Below, piece after piece: positions 10,848 through 24,134 of a DNA stretch of 64,000 nucleotides (position 1 is its first letter; each line of letters starts with the position of its first letter). The translations under genes and the position numbers were made by a program. The stretch comes from Octopus vulgaris. Its lineage: Eukaryota. The stretch covers positions 42,160,001-42,224,000 of the forward strand of contig OX597818.1 in the NCBI GenBank assembly GCA_951406725.2, written 5' to 3'. A model generated the notes under the pieces. That model made no database searches. It worked only from the letters and a program-made list of their open reading frames with translations, and was not told where the DNA came from.

Positions 10848-11912
10848 TGTATAGATTGTGGACCGTGATGCATGTTCGACGTCGGAGTCACCATTATAGA
10901 TGGAATTGTGGTGCGTGTTCAACGTCGGGTCACAATTTTTGTAGATGAGCGTAGTAAAGTGTGGTGAAACCATTCAATAACGACTCTGTTCGGAAGGCTG
11001 GAATAATACATATACGTACTAGAGAGGAAAAGAGAAAGACACAACCGTATAGAATGTTTGAGAGAGTTTTATTAATAGGTTAACATGTGTGTCTGTGTAT
11101 GCGTCATGTATACAGAATAATAGACAGACCGTCATGAGAACAAAGTGTGTGAGCGTATAGGCATAGATATATGCATGTATTACATATAAGAATAACAATG
11201 AAAGAGTCTATAATGAGAAGTTAGACGAATGTTCATAGACACAAGAATGAGAAATGCCCATTCGTAGTTAATTGTACACGGTAATTGAAATACTGCATCA
11301 AGAAGTTGCGGCGATGATGCAGAGCCGGAGTTGCGGTACGTGTCGTACAAAGTTGTGGCTGTAATGCTGCTGCCTGGTACAGGAGTTCCAGAAATTTGCC
11401 ATGATGAAGTATTTCACGAACAGTGCTATGTTAGAACCTGTGCCAGTTGTTGGTTGAGCTGTGTACGTAGAGATGTTGTTGACGACGTTAAGGAGATGAT
11501 GTTGGCGACGAAGATCTTTCTTCGTAATGCTGTTGGACGGGTGTTGTTGTCTGGCTTTGACGCTGGAACTGGTTGTGTCTTGTGTGGCCAGTGGCTAGAC
11601 CTTAAAAGGTCTGGGACCAAAGACTTCGAGACGAGGAGTAGCTGGGTTTTTATAATAAACAGTAGGTTCAAACTAACTTAAGAACAGGCTGTCTCATGTG
11701 ATCTTATTTGGGGGATCCGATTGGTTATACGCTGCATATTGTTGGCGCAATAGAGTAAGAGACAAATTGCGCCAATACTAACCAATCAGAGTAGTGGACA
11801 CAACGGGGTCCAAATAGCAGCTAAATAGGTTAGCTGTTATCTGCTACGTTCGAATGTTCGTATATATATATATTATAAAGGGGAGAGGAATTTCAGTCAA
11901 GTGTACGCTACA
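10848..11912 (-). mobile_element. Probable solo LTR inserted into a decayed family A SINE
   Basis: TG...CA ends. The host SINE breaks at caaaagatg and resumes at gatgtaaggcaaag. The minus strand carries CCAAT (~11720), TATAAAAA (~11650) and AATAAA (~11070) in U3-R-U5 order. Confidence 0.55.
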
Positions 11913-13085
11913 GATGTAAGGCAAAGTTGACCTCGGTTGCGTTTGAACTCATAATGTAAAGACTTATGCTGTAATAATATATGTACAGTTAATACGTAAA
12001 CATCGCTTACACATGCACAGTAATCGATGGACATTAATGAATCGTGCTTATTGATCCATCTTCAGGATAGTTTTAGTGTACCGCCTGGATAATATTAATG
12101 AGCTACGATACAAAATTTTACCAAGTAGAGTCTGAGTTTTCCTATATAACAAGAAAACAAGAATCCAGTGATGATTTGAAGTGGATTTAATCTAAAATAC
12201 AACTTGATATTCATTGACAGTAAAATAGAATTAATGATATTTTTAACATACAAATTAACTATGCTCTGAATGACAGCAATATTGTCTACATTTTAATGTC
12301 AATATTAATATCTTCTAAATTGTAATGACACCCTTTGCAGATGATGGTCGGATTCAGAGAAAAATACAAACCAAATGTACAGCGAATATCGGAACAATAA
12401 ACATTGGCAACAAATTATAGTTTGACGTACATCTACGTTCAATAAGTATGTCTAGAATAATCATCTCAATACCCACCACTAAATTTGAACAAAATGAAAC
12501 ATAGATTTTTGTTCTTTTGGTTTGCCACAAAAGAACTAGGAGGGAGCTGTTGTAGCAAGACTCGAAACAGAGTCATCGAATTACGAAGTTAAAGTTACGA
12601 CGTAACAACGGTTTGTTCATGTGAGAGTCCTAGTTATTGGCTAATCAGCACCCAGACCTCATGTGATAGATCAATTTAGATACTTCTGGAACTTTTTCCT
12701 GCAAAGGTTATACAGTGGTATCTTGACTTACGAGTTTAATTCGTTCTGTGACGAAGCTCGTAACTCAGATTACTGGTATGTCAAATCAATTTCCCCATTG
12801 AAATTAATTAAAATGCCGTTAATCTATTCCAGCCCCCCACCCAAACACCGCAATTTCTTTTTGTTACATGTTTTTAAATAAGAAAAATGTACGTATAAAT
12901 AATAAATATTGTATTAAAAGAAAAACAATACAATAGAATGTACTGCAATAAACTAGTTTTATTAAGTATAATGTACAGCATTTTAGGTAGTGGGTAGCCA
13001 TTTTCTCCACTACTTCAGGGAGTGACGACCCTGCCTGACACGAGTCCCGGGTTCAGCTGGCTCCGGCTGATAGTACTCGGTATGA

Positions 13086-13319
13086 AGGCGGCGAGCTGGC
13101 AGAATCGTTAGCACGCCAGGCGAAATGCTTAGTGGTATTTCGTCTGCCGTTACGTTCTGGGTTCAAATTCCGCCAAGGTCGACTTTGCCTTTGATCCTTT
13201 CGGGGTCGATTAAATAAGTACCAGTTACACACTGGGGTCGATATAATTGACTTAATCCGTTTGTCTGTCCTTGTTTATCCTCTCTGTGTTTAGCCCCTTG
13301 TGGGTAGTAAAGAAATAGA
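13086..13319 (+). mobile_element. SINE family A
   Basis: Full head, core and tail; short TSD tatga; inserted into a GC-rich, LINE-5'UTR-like block (~12985-13640). Confidence 0.9.
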
Positions 13320-13668
13320 TATGAGCCCCAATCCAGGGTTACGGAAAGGAAACAACCTTCAAAGAAATCCAGAGTGGAGCCCCGTAGGCGATTTAGTGCT
13401 CGACTCGACAGACTTCCGGCAGCTCCTGCAACCAAGCTGGTGCAAAACGTAATGCTCTGCACTCCTTTGAACTACGTCGAGAGAGGAATCCTGACGATTG
13501 GGCTACCCAGGATTTTCTTACATCTAGCCCAGGTCTGTGCAAAACTGGAGTGGAAACTGGAGAGGGCATGAAATGTAAAAACCAGACTGGATTAGTTTAT
13601 GCGCAACTCCATTGTCACCCGAGACAAAAGGATGCCAAGAACAATGTACAGCATTTACCTTTGGAATG

Positions 13669-14050
13669 AAAGCACTCATCGGTTACGACGACGAGGGTTC
13701 CGGTTGATCCGAATCAACGGAACAGCCTGCTCGTGAAATTAACGTGTAAGTGGCTGAGCACTCCACAGACACGTGCACCCTTAACGTAGTTCTCGGGGAT
13801 ATTCAGCGTGACACAGAGAGTGACAAGGCCGGCCCCTTGAAATACAGGTACAACAGAAACAGGAAGTAAGAGTGAGAGAAAGTTGTGGTGAAAGAGTACA
13901 GCAGGGATCACCACCATCCCCTGCCGGAGCCTCGTGGAGCTTTTAGGTGTTTTCGTTCAATAAACACTCACAACACCCGGTCTGGGAATCGAAACCGTGA
14001 TCCTATGACCGCGAATCCGCTGCCCTAACCACTGGGCCATTGCGCCTCCA
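13669..14050 (-). mobile_element. SINE family B
   Basis: Reverse complement of 9308-9688; TSD catttacctttg. Confidence 0.9.
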
Positions 14051-14109
14051 CATTTACCTTTGATGGAGGTAGAGGAGAACGGCTGAACTAAATAACTGAA
14101 TCTTATTCG

Positions 14110-14580
14110 CTGCTTTTTGTCTTTTTCGCCCCGCTTTCCTCACTTTCATCTGCAGGAGTTTTCGATAAAAACTTGTCCCTTTCAGAATGTTTCTGAAATG
14201 AGTTAAGCAAGTGTCATTAAATAGCACCGCCGCACGCCCAGTTGCAACATTTTCTGGCGTTTTATTTTGATTAAAATCTGAAAGTTTCTCTCAAATTCCC
14301 ATCGTTTCCTTTAGAGATAACCTCCTCCATCGCCTCCGCGTTACCTATTTCCTTCAAAACCTCCGTGTACTGCTTCGTCTGTAGCTTCTCCGTTGTCAGT
14401 TCCTCGGAGTGTTCCTCGATGAGCTCGTAGAAGTCACCTTCATCCATATCCAGGCCCATGGACTTGCCGAGGGATACAATCTCTTCCACCACTGCCGCTT
14501 CAGGTCCGAGTCTTTCAGACACAACCTCAGGCTACAGCTTCTTCCACGCAGAGGTCAAGGTCTTCTTTGTAACACCCTGC
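14110..14580 (-). pseudogene. Tigger/pogo transposase C-terminal fragment
   Basis: GVTKKTLTSAWKKL...VEEIVSLGKSMGLDMDEGDFYELIEEHSEELTTEKL matches the Tigger1-type C-terminus. Confidence 0.75.
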
Positions 14581-14928
14581 TTGACACCAGTTGCTGACTG
14601 GTACTTATTTTATCGGTACCAGAAGAATGAAAGGACATGTAAAATAATGGCACGAGGCCTGCAGTTTTGAGGAGAGGAGTTAGTCGATACCATTGACTGA
14701 TACTTTATTTTAAGGATCTCGGAGAGATGAATGGCAATGCTGATCCCTGGCGGATTCTGATCTCAGAACGTCAAGAATCCGAATAAAAATAAGAGTTTTT
14801 CTATTGGTTGAGCAGAGACTTTTGAATATAGATCTAGAGGAAATGATTTAAGTGGCTTGGAATAGATGAGATAAGGATTAAGATAGATTATATTCATTAA
14901 GTACGAGAGTTATTGACGGAAGAAAGTG

Positions 14929-16011
14929 GGATCTCTTCGGTTTCGCTCACAGATTTTTTAAAATTATTCTTTTTTAATTAAACAGTTTGAAACTTCGTAT
15001 ACTGAAGTAATTTCTCACGCTTAACACGGTTTACTTTCAACATATTTTACAAAATTTCGTATTTTAGAAGTTATTTCGAGTTAAAGTTATCGTATTTGGG
15101 TAATTTTAACCAATCAACGACGTGTATTCAGCTGAAGAAAGTTACTGCTGTATGCTATAGTAATCGAAGAGCAACAACTTCCGGGTCATATCTACTAAAT
15201 GTCACTACTTGTTCTATTTTATTTTTGTTTATTGCCTGTGTTGCATACTGCCCGCGTTTTGGGGAGTTATTTTTGCTTTGTGCATTTGCATTTTCGTACA
15301 AAAAGGCGATCGAAAAGTAAAAGAAAAAAATGCGTATAATATGCAACACAGGCAGTAAACAAAAATAGAACAGAGTGGTGACATTTAGTAGAGACTAGCA
15401 GTATCGCCCGGCGTTGCTCGGGTTTGTAAGGGAAATAACTATAAAGCATTTTTAGAGAGTTATAGCCAAAAAATAGCAAAAAAATGGGAAAAAAATGATG
15501 GTAAATTTTTTGAGAGTTTAAAAAGGTCGAGTTGCGTCCCCTAGACAGTCTGTGGTTTGTGTTTCTGATTCTCGACCCCATGTCGAATTTATCGATTTTT
15601 TTCAAAACTGGGGGAACTTTTCAAAATTTTCGCTGCGTTAGTTTTGAATTATGACATTGGGCTATGTGTGTGTCAAGTTTCATCAGAATCGGTTGAAAGC
15701 CGTGGTCAGGGTGAGGGTACAACCAAACAGACACACAGAAACACACACAGACAAACTGCCGTTTATATATAGAGAGATAACCCGGAAGTTGTTGCTCTTC
15801 TATTACTATCGCATATGACAGTAGCTTTCTACACATCGTTGAATGGGTAAAATTACCTAAATACAACAAATTTAACACGAAATAACTTCTAAAATACGAA
15901 ATTTTGTCAAAAATGTTGAAAGTAAATCGTGTTCAGCGTGAGAAATTACACCAGTGTACGAAGTTCCAAACTGTTTAATTAAAAAATCTGTGAGCGAAAC
16001 TGGAAAGATCC
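14929..16011. mobile_element. Long foldback MITE (GGATC...GATCC ends) interrupted by a Helitron
   Basis: Left arm 14929-~15255 pairs with 15335-15394 plus 15778-16011; imperfect 8-bp TSD agaaagtg/gaaaagtg. Confidence 0.8.
15395..15777 (-). mobile_element. Non-autonomous Helitron
   Basis: Minus strand A|TCTCTCTATATATAAACGGC...hairpin CCGAGCAACGCCGGG...CTAG|T. Removing it restores the host MITE arm. Confidence 0.85.
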
Positions 16012-16456
16012 GAAAAGTGTTAGGAAAATGTCTGATAATGGAAAACGAGAACTAATTAATTTAGGACATAGCAGAAGAAATGGTACTTTAAAATGGCTTC
16101 AAATTTTGGCAGAGGACCAGCAATTTTGAGGGAGAGATTGAATCGATTACCTCGCCCCAGTGTTGAGCTAGTTTTGGTACTTATATCGACCCCGAAAGAA
16201 TGAGAAGCAAAGTCGACTTCGGCAGAATTTGAACTCAGAGCGTAAATTGCCGGGAGAAATGCCGCTAAGCAATTAGTCTGACTCGCTGACGATTCAACCA
16301 GCTCACCGCCTTTGTAATATCTTGCAAATAAAAGTTGTAACAATCAACGCAGTAGCGTAAGCTAGGTGTGATGAGTGAAACGGTCCTCTCCGGGCGAAAT
16401 TTGTTAGGAGCTGGCACTCTGGGTCAATTGTATAAGCCTGTATAAGCTTGGTGGGT

Positions 16457-16836
16457 GGAGGCGCAATGGCCCAGTGGTTAGGGCAGCGGACTCGCGGTCA
16501 TAAGATCGCGGTTTCGATTCCCAGAACGGGCGTTGTGAGTGTTTATTGAGCGAAAACACCTAAAAGCTCCACGAGGCTCCGGCGGGGATGGTGGTGATCC
16601 CTGCTGTACTCTTTCACCACAACTTTCTCTCACTCTTACTTCCTGTTTCTGTTGTACCTGTATTTCAAAGGGCCGGCCTTGTCACTCTCTGTGTCACGCT
16701 GAATATCCCCGAGAACTACATTAAGGGTGCACGTGTCTGTGGAGTGCTCAGCCACTTACACGTTAATTTCACGAGCAGGCTGTTCCGTTGATTCGGATCA
16801 ACCGGAACCCTCGTCGTCGTAACCGACAGAGTGCTT
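16457..16836 (+). mobile_element. SINE family B
   Basis: Matches 9308-9688; TSD ataagcttggt. Confidence 0.9.
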
Positions 16837-17224
16837 CAAAAAAATAAGCTTGGTAGATCACTCTAGCTATATCACTGAATAAACAGATTTATCAGATTTA
16901 CTTTACTGACTGACTGCTATTTGTCTGTAAAAGTTACATTGTCTCAGCAGAAGATTACGAACTAACTAAAGATCGATTGTGCTAATTGAAAGGAGCAACA
17001 ATAACTACAGTATTTCTAAAAGAAAGAAATGATATAACTTACGAGTGACATAGATGATAATATATAAGTATTTTTTAATAATATATTATTATTAATATTA
17101 GGAAATCAATATCAGAAAACTCCTCAGAAAGATATACACGCGTGAAAAATAATTGTTGTATTAAAAAATATAAATAAATAAATATAAATATGTATAAAAA
17201 TATAAGAATGCAGTAATAAACACG

Positions 17225-17585
17225 GGAAATGTTTAGCGGTATTTCGTCTGTCTTTACGTTTTGAGTTCAAATTCCGCCGAGGTCGACTTTGCCTTTCATC
17301 CTTTCGGGGTCGATTGAATAAGTACCAGTTACGCACTGGGGTCGATATAATCGACTTAATCCGTTTGTCTGTTCTTGTTTGTCCTCTCTGTGTTTAGCCC
17401 CTTGTGGGTAGTAAAGAAATAGGTATTTCGTCTGTCTTTACGTTCTGAGTCCAAATTCCGGCGAGGTCGACTTTGCCTTTCATCACTTCGGGGTCGATAA
17501 ATTAAGTACCAGTTGCATACTGGAGGTTGATCTAATTGGCCTCCTCCTCTCAAAATTTCGGGCCTTGTGCCTAGAGTAGAAAAAA
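17225..17585 (+). mobile_element. Dimeric family A SINE (5'-truncated)
   Basis: Junction AAAGAAATAGGTATTTCGTCTG and second tail ...GGCCTTGTGCCTAGAGTAGAAAA, as in 10274-10673 and 59185-59583. Confidence 0.85.
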
Positions 17586-17729
17586 AATTCAAGGATGCGC
17601 TAGAAATATGGCCTGGGTGCCAAGATGACGGCAATCCGAAATGTTTGGGAACATCGTGTGTGTGTATGTGTGCAGCGCGCGTGCGTGGGTGAGTGTGTCT
17701 GTGTGTGCGTACGTGTGTATATACACACA

Positions 17730-18652
17730 CATATCCAGCATTTTATTTATTTATTCAAATAGATTTATTTCTCGAAAAAAGAACATAAGCCATAGAAGTA
17801 TAGAATTTTCTTGTAACTATTGACCTTTGTAATGATGCTTCTGTTTATTTTATGTGTATTTGTTCGTAAACTCTTGTCGATTTTTGAAGAAAGACTAAAG
17901 ACAAAATGATGATAACAAAAAGCACCAGATTTCATAAAATATCACAAAGAATTGGTGCCAAAGACAAACGCCCAATTATTCTGGTTATAAGAAACCCGGA
18001 TGCGATTGTATCCTATTATTAGCAAGCTGATTGGTTGGTTAGATGGTTGGTTGGTTCGCTCGTTCGTTTGTTTGTTGGCTGGCTGGCTGGTTGATGAAAG
18101 TAGAAGTCATATCCTGATACACTTCTCAAGGGTGGCAATACGTTCATAGCGAAAGAATTACCAAAATTCTATTGCAGAAATTAAAGTGGCAAACTGTCGG
18201 AACTATTAGAATGTTGGATAGAATGCATCGTGGTATTTGTTGCGACTCTGCGTTCAACTCCCACCGAAGTCAATTTTTCTTTTCATCTTTTAGAAGTCAA
18301 TAAAAAAAATATTAATCACGACGGTGGTTAGGTGGAAGTGTAAGAGCATCTGACAGAATGCCTTACGGTATTTGCTCCGGCTCTTTGCGTTCTGACAGAA
18401 ACACGTATGATAACACAGGTGCCAAGCAATAACAGCTTTAATATTGCGGCCTTTTTCTTGCACAACATAGGTGACATCAAAGGGGAAGACTTATATGTCT
18501 TTGAAACTACTAGTCTTCTACAAAAAAAAAAAAAAATTCAATTAATTCTTACCGAGATCTGTGCAGACTTGTACACATGAACGGTCAACCTTAGAGTGCT
18601 AAAATTATTTGATAAGGCATGAATGCAACTGCTTCCAATTTACCTATTTGTC
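17730..18652. repeat. Segment duplicated in inverted orientation at 38090-39430
   Basis: For example 17931-18000 ttcataaaatatcacaaagaattggtgccaaagacaaacgcccaattattctggttataagaaacccgga is the reverse complement of about 39171-39241 (with a 1-nt indel). Confidence 0.9.
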
Positions 18653-18727
18653 CTTGGGTGTGGCTAAATTTTTTATGTCGTCTGGAGCTCTCCTTGACTT
18701 TGCCGCTTTCCTTCCCGGCCCCCGACC

Positions 18728-19660
18728 TCATGCTAGCATGGGTTGGACGATTTGACTGAGGACTGGCGAACCAGGTGGCTGCGCCAGGTTCCAATCTGAT
18801 CTGGTAGAGTTTCTACAGCTGGATGCCCTTCCTAACGCCAACCACTCCGAGAATGTAGTGGGTGCTTTTACGTGCCACCTGCACGAGGCCAGTCTGGCGG
18901 TACTGGCAACGGCCACGCTCGAAATGGTGTTTTTTACATTCCACCTGCACAGGAGTCAGTCTAGCGGCACTTGCAACAACCTCGCTCGATTGTTTTGTTT
19001 ACATGCCACCGGCACAAGTGCCAGTAAGGCGACGCTGGTAATGATCACGCTCAAATGGTGCTTTTTACATGCCAGACAGCTGCTCTGGCAGTGATCCCGT
19101 TCGGATGGAGTTGTTAGCGCTCCACTGGCACGGGTGCCAGTCATCAAATTAGGTTCAAATTCGATTTCACTTGCCCCGATAGGTCTTCGCAAGCAGAGTT
19201 TAGTGTCCAATGAAGTGGGGTCGGTATGGGTGCCAGTCGTCGAATTTGGTTCGATTTCGAATTCAATTTCACTTGCCTCAACAGGTCTTCACAAGCAGAG
19301 CTTTGTATCCAAAGAAGGAAAGATATGCATAAGTAGGCTGGCTACATCCCTGGTAAAAGGCACGTGTTATGGTCTCACTTGTCCTGCCGGGTCTTCTCAC
19401 ACACAGCATATTTCCCAAGGTCTCGGTCACTTGTCATTGCCTCGATGAGGCCTAATGTTCGAAGGTTGTGCTTCACCACCTCGTCCCAAGTTTTCCTAGG
19501 TCTACCTCTTCCACAGGTTCCCTCAACCGCTAAGGTGTGGCACTTTTTCACACAGCTATCTTCATCCATTCTCGCCGCATGACAATAGCAGCGCAGTCGT
19601 CTCTCTTGCACACCACAACTGATGCTTCTTAGGTCCAACTTTTCTCTCTTAAGGTACTTA
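18728..19660 (-). mobile_element. RTE-clade LINE 3' end (ORF C-terminus plus 3'UTR)
   Basis: REKLDLRSISCGVQERRLRCYCHAARMDEDSCVKKCHTLAVEGTCGRGRPRKTWDEVV. The 3'UTR motif CATGCTAGCATGGGTTGGACG recurs at 24184 and 28981. Confidence 0.85.
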
Positions 19661-19669
19661 CACTCTGTA

Positions 19670-19720
<51 letters not shown>

Positions 19721-20476
19721 TGTGTGTGCGCGCGTGCGTGTTCTAAAACTTGGCAGTTTGGCAAAAGAGGCCAAATGAAACAGATAAACGATAAAAAGAC
19801 TTCATAATGAAATTATTACTAGCAGTAATAATTTGACAATATGTTTAATCACATGTTACTATTTTAAAAGCCACAACCTCTTCATATTGTCTGTTGCCTT
19901 GTTGCTCTTATGGAGACCTTCTATGATCAAAAGTATTCTAACTGTAACCATTCCAAAATATTTTTAAGATGGGAGGAGGGTAAGAAATGAGGGGAATTTG
20001 GCTGCCTACTTCTAACAAGTAGATCGACCACTTGGCAGCTCCCTTGTTGGTCAGTAACCGTATGTTTTCTTTTTCACGGTTTTGTATTTCACGTATTCTA
20101 TATGATATTTTATGTGTAACACAACAGTGCTGTCGTGATAGCGGTGAGGAGGGATGTGATATGGAGGCCGAGAACACCGGAGGTTTCCACTGCCACATGC
20201 TCAGTTAGAGTGACCGATACTTTAACAATTTGCCTTTCTCGGTTTGAGAAGCAACCTTTACTTACATGCCAAATACTATGTTCAAGGGAAATAACTACAA
20301 TATCGGAGTACTTTCCCTTTAAAATTATACAGTACCGCCTTCCTTTCCTCGTTATATTGCGGTTCACTTATCGCAGTTTATTATTTAAGCTTACGTCAGT
20401 TCCTCTGTGGTGTTGTTTTGCATTTATAATAAAATAATTATATACAAATAAAAATAATAAAAAAAACATGCTGTAT

Positions 20477-20644
20477 AGGCGCAGGAGTGGCTGTGTGGTA
20501 ATTAGCTTGCTTACCAACCACATGGTTCCGGGTTCAGTCCTACTGCGTGGCAACTTGGGCAACTGTCTTCTACTATAGTTTCGGGCCGATCAAAGCCTTG
20601 TGAGTGGATTTGGTAGACGGAAACTGAAAGAAGCCCGTCGTATA

Positions 20645-20675
<31 letters not shown>

Positions 20676-20897
20676 GCTTGCGTGTGTTTGTGTGTCTGTG
20701 TTTGTCCCCCTAGTATTGTTTGACAACCGATGCTGGTGTGCTTATGTCCCCGTCACTTAGCGGTTCGGCAAAAAGAGACCGATAGAATAAGTACTGGGCT
20801 TACAAAGAATAAGTCCCGGGGTCGAGTTGCTCGATTAAAAGGCGGTGCTCCAGCATGGCCGCAGTCAAATGACTGAAACAAGTAAAAGAGTAAAAGA
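20477..20897 (+). mobile_element. tRNA-derived SINE family D with internal (TA)n(TG)n
   Basis: Head GGCGCAGGAGTGGCTGTGTGG, B box GGTTCAGTCC, tail (GAGTAAAA)n; near-identical to 57452-57925 and partial 63725-64000. Confidence 0.9.
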
Positions 20898-21306
20898 GTA
20901 CTGTTTCTACTTCGCGGATTTTCACCTATTGCGGGAGTTTTGGAACGTAACACCCGCGATAGACGAGGGGATTGCTGTATTACATTTTCCCATTTTGTTT
21001 TCTGGGACTACGAGATTGATTGGCACTTGGTTCACTCATTTTTGTATAACTTACATTTTTTTAAAAATCTTTTTCTAAATCTTACAAATAAAAAGGAAGT
21101 GATAGAAAGTGAGAGGCTGAACTGGATGCTAGAATTGCAGATGCTGGTTCACTAATGCACCATCTCCAGCATTTGATCGTGAGAAGCAGAGAGATTGGTG
21201 AAACCTAAAACTATGAAGAGAAAGAATTGTGTACCAAGATTTAGCACTAAATTTGGGGTGAGGTGTATACATGAATGTGATTTGTACACAAGTAAATTTG
21301 ACAGAC

Positions 21307-21988
21307 GGTACAGAATTGGCTGAGGTGGAGTTATTCCCCTTACATCTGTTTCCATGTCAACAACGACTACTTTCAAAATCGATCCCAAATATGGTAATCA
21401 AATATGGTATTGTGGAGATTCATGGAGAAATTACCTTTATTACTTTTTTGCCCACAAAAAATTATCTATACTGATTAATTAGAATATAATACGTACGTAT
21501 ATATTACATATATAATATAAAACCACGTTGAAAATTCAAATCCAAAACCGGAAGAGAAAAAAAAAGAACAAAGAAAGAAAAAATACATCAATTCAACCTC
21601 AATAGGAACCTCAATTGTTCGCACACCATAAGGCTCATCGGAACCTGCTGAAGCAAGTCAGCACGCTTGTGGCATTACCACGGGTGATGGCGAGGCTAAG
21701 GCGATGGAACAGCCAAGCACCCGCACGGGTATCACTTGACGCCTCTCTAACGTGAGCCCCCAACAGTGACAAGAACTTCGTCAGCAATTTCCTAGTCCGC
21801 AGATAGAGAACTCCATGTTTGCAACAGAAATTTCTTGTCTAAACACTTTTAGAGGAAATTCCTGTTGCAACCTTGGAAGTCTCCATTTTCAGACTAGGAA
21901 ATTGCTACCAATTTCGAAAGTAAGTGGTTGCTGAATGCAGCTGGAACCAATGTAAGGGGAATAACTCCACCTCGCCTTAAACTGTACC
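21307..21988. mobile_element. MITE with ~40-bp TIRs and an internal ~130-bp hairpin (21780-21910)
   Basis: ggtacagaattggctgaggtggagttattccccttacat pairs with atgtaaggggaataactccacctcgccttaaactgtacc; no clear TSD. Confidence 0.6.
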
Positions 21989-22195
21989 ATTTTATATCGT
22001 TACGAGAATTTTGAAGTTTTATTTACAAAATTTATTGGGCACGATGTTTTCTTCCCTTGAAGATAGAGAGGTTATATGACTGACAATTTGAGTCTGACGA
22101 TATATATACTGATCGATATATACTTTTTTTCATGGTGAAGGCGGGTTTATGGGGTTACCTGTTGGCCTATGACCTCTAAGAGTTCATAGGCCAAC

Positions 22196-22282
<87 letters not shown>

Positions 22283-22529
22283 ATTGCAGCGTGGAAGGTT
22301 ATTTATAAGCCATTTAAGAAACACACAAAAACCGTTATATTTACAGGTCACGGTCTCAAAGCGACGAAAATATTTTGACAAATTGAATTTAAATGTTGAA
22401 GTGAATCTAATGGCTTATAAACACCTTCCACGCTGCAATTGTTTTCGTTCCAGCACACGATCTCAGATCAAGTCACTCGCTATGCAAGTACATCTCCGTA
22501 ATATATATATATTTATATATATATATATA

Positions 22530-24134
22530 TATATATAATATAAATTGGACATGGGCGATCGTTGTATTCTTTCTTGTCTTGAGGTTCATAGCCAAACGGC
22601 TGGGTGGATTCGCGTGAAAAATGACACACATGTGGAGACGGGTGCATACATTGGAATGCGGTTAGTATTTTTTTTTTCTTAGTACCCATACTTACAGGGA
22701 AAATCGATTAAAACTTTTTCTAATGGAATTCCCCTGTTTGTTCCGCCATTAAAACAACCAGTTAGTTGCACACACAGCAGGCATATACCATTTCGCTAGC
22801 AGCAAGGGGAGTACAGGATGACAGTCAGCCAAAACTTTCGTTATGCTGTCTCTCTTCTTTCACCTCTTTGTGGGATTTACCTTAAAAGACGTCAATTATC
22901 ACGACACACACCTTCACTCAATCACTCTACCTCTCTTTATCACCCTCTTTCTCTCTCACATACACACACCCAAGCACAGAGGCATGCACGCACACGCGCG
23001 CGCACACGCACACACACACACACACACATACACACACACGTCCATTTCGAATATCTTCTTTCAATTTCTGCTCTCTGCAAATAAAATTTGGATCTTTTCG
23101 GCTTGAACGGCAGTTTTTTCTAGCGGTGTCATATGAAATTGTCACCCATAATTATTACCCTAGTATCGATCTATTGTATTTCAATCTCTTTTAGGGTTAG
23201 GGTTAGGGGTGGGGGAAGGGTATCTTTTTTTTCTTCACAAATGTATACAAACCCAATTTGTTTCTTAAACGAGGAACATATTCATACGGCACAGAATGTT
23301 TTCACCTCAATAGACGTCATTGATTGGTTGAAATTGCAGAAATTGAAGAAAAGAAACAACAAATATCTTACAATCTATAGAATTTTCTCAATAAAACCAA
23401 GAGAAAATGATGTTTTATAAACACATTCTACCAGTATACGAAGTTTAAAGGTGTTTAGTTACGTGGAAATTATTTTAAAAAACTGCCGTTCAAACCGAAA
23501 AGATCCTAAAATTTTTACGGATACAACTGCTTACAGAATTAGGGATTAATGTATAATTTCTTTCTATGTTCATAATTAAATCAATGTTTTAATGATTAGA
23601 CAGAGGTCCAGTAGAATAGCTCTCAGAAACAGAATATGTACAAATACCTCAATCATCATGACACACATCTTCACTCACTCACTCTCTCTTTATCACACTC
23701 TTTCTCTCTCACATACACACACGTAACCACGCACGTACACACACACACACAAGTCCATTTCATATATCTTCTTTCAATTTCTGTTCTCTGCAAATAAAAT
23801 TTTTACGGATACAACTGCTTACGAAAATAGGGATTAATGTATAATTTCTTTCTATGTTCATAATTAAATCAATGTTTTAATGATTAGAGAGAAGTCTGAT
23901 AGAATAGCTCTCGGAAACAGATTATGTACAAATTTGTTCTTCACAACTCCTGAAGCTGTTTTCTGACAAAGGGTGGGGGAGAATCAGGGAATTTTCATAT
24001 AGCTGGAGGCTCCAATCGAAACAGGGGACCCAAAATAATAAGGTTTAGTAACGCTCTTATAGATTATGCCTAACCGAAAACCATCACAGCCACATCATTC
24101 AAACAGACCGGGTGAAACCAGGCTTAGCTGCTAG
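22530..24134 (+). mobile_element. Non-autonomous Helitron with an internal tandem repeat and a nested MITE
   Basis: 3' CCGGGTGAAACCAGGC...GCTAG|T. An internal unit is repeated at ~22900 and ~23660. The 5' end merges with (TA)n. Confidence 0.6.
23090..23506. mobile_element. ~415-bp MITE, TIR GGATCTTTTCGGTTTGAACGGCAGTTTTT (Merlin-like)
   Basis: 8-bp TSD taaaattt; the empty site is preserved in the tandem copy at ~23795. Contains (TTAGGG)n. Confidence 0.88.

Noticed and set aside
12985-13080. HDV-like ribozyme in a LINE-5'UTR-like block
   Set aside because: I could not assign P1/P2/P3/P1.1 consistently by eye; it needs an RNArobo or Infernal search.
18870-19320. CRISPR-like spaced repeats
   Set aside because: Degenerate tandem units within an RTE LINE 3'UTR in eukaryotic DNA; no constant repeat/spacer pattern and no cas genes.
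23191-23220. Interstitial telomere or chromosome fusion scar
   Set aside because: The TTAGGG units are an internal part of a multi-copy MITE.
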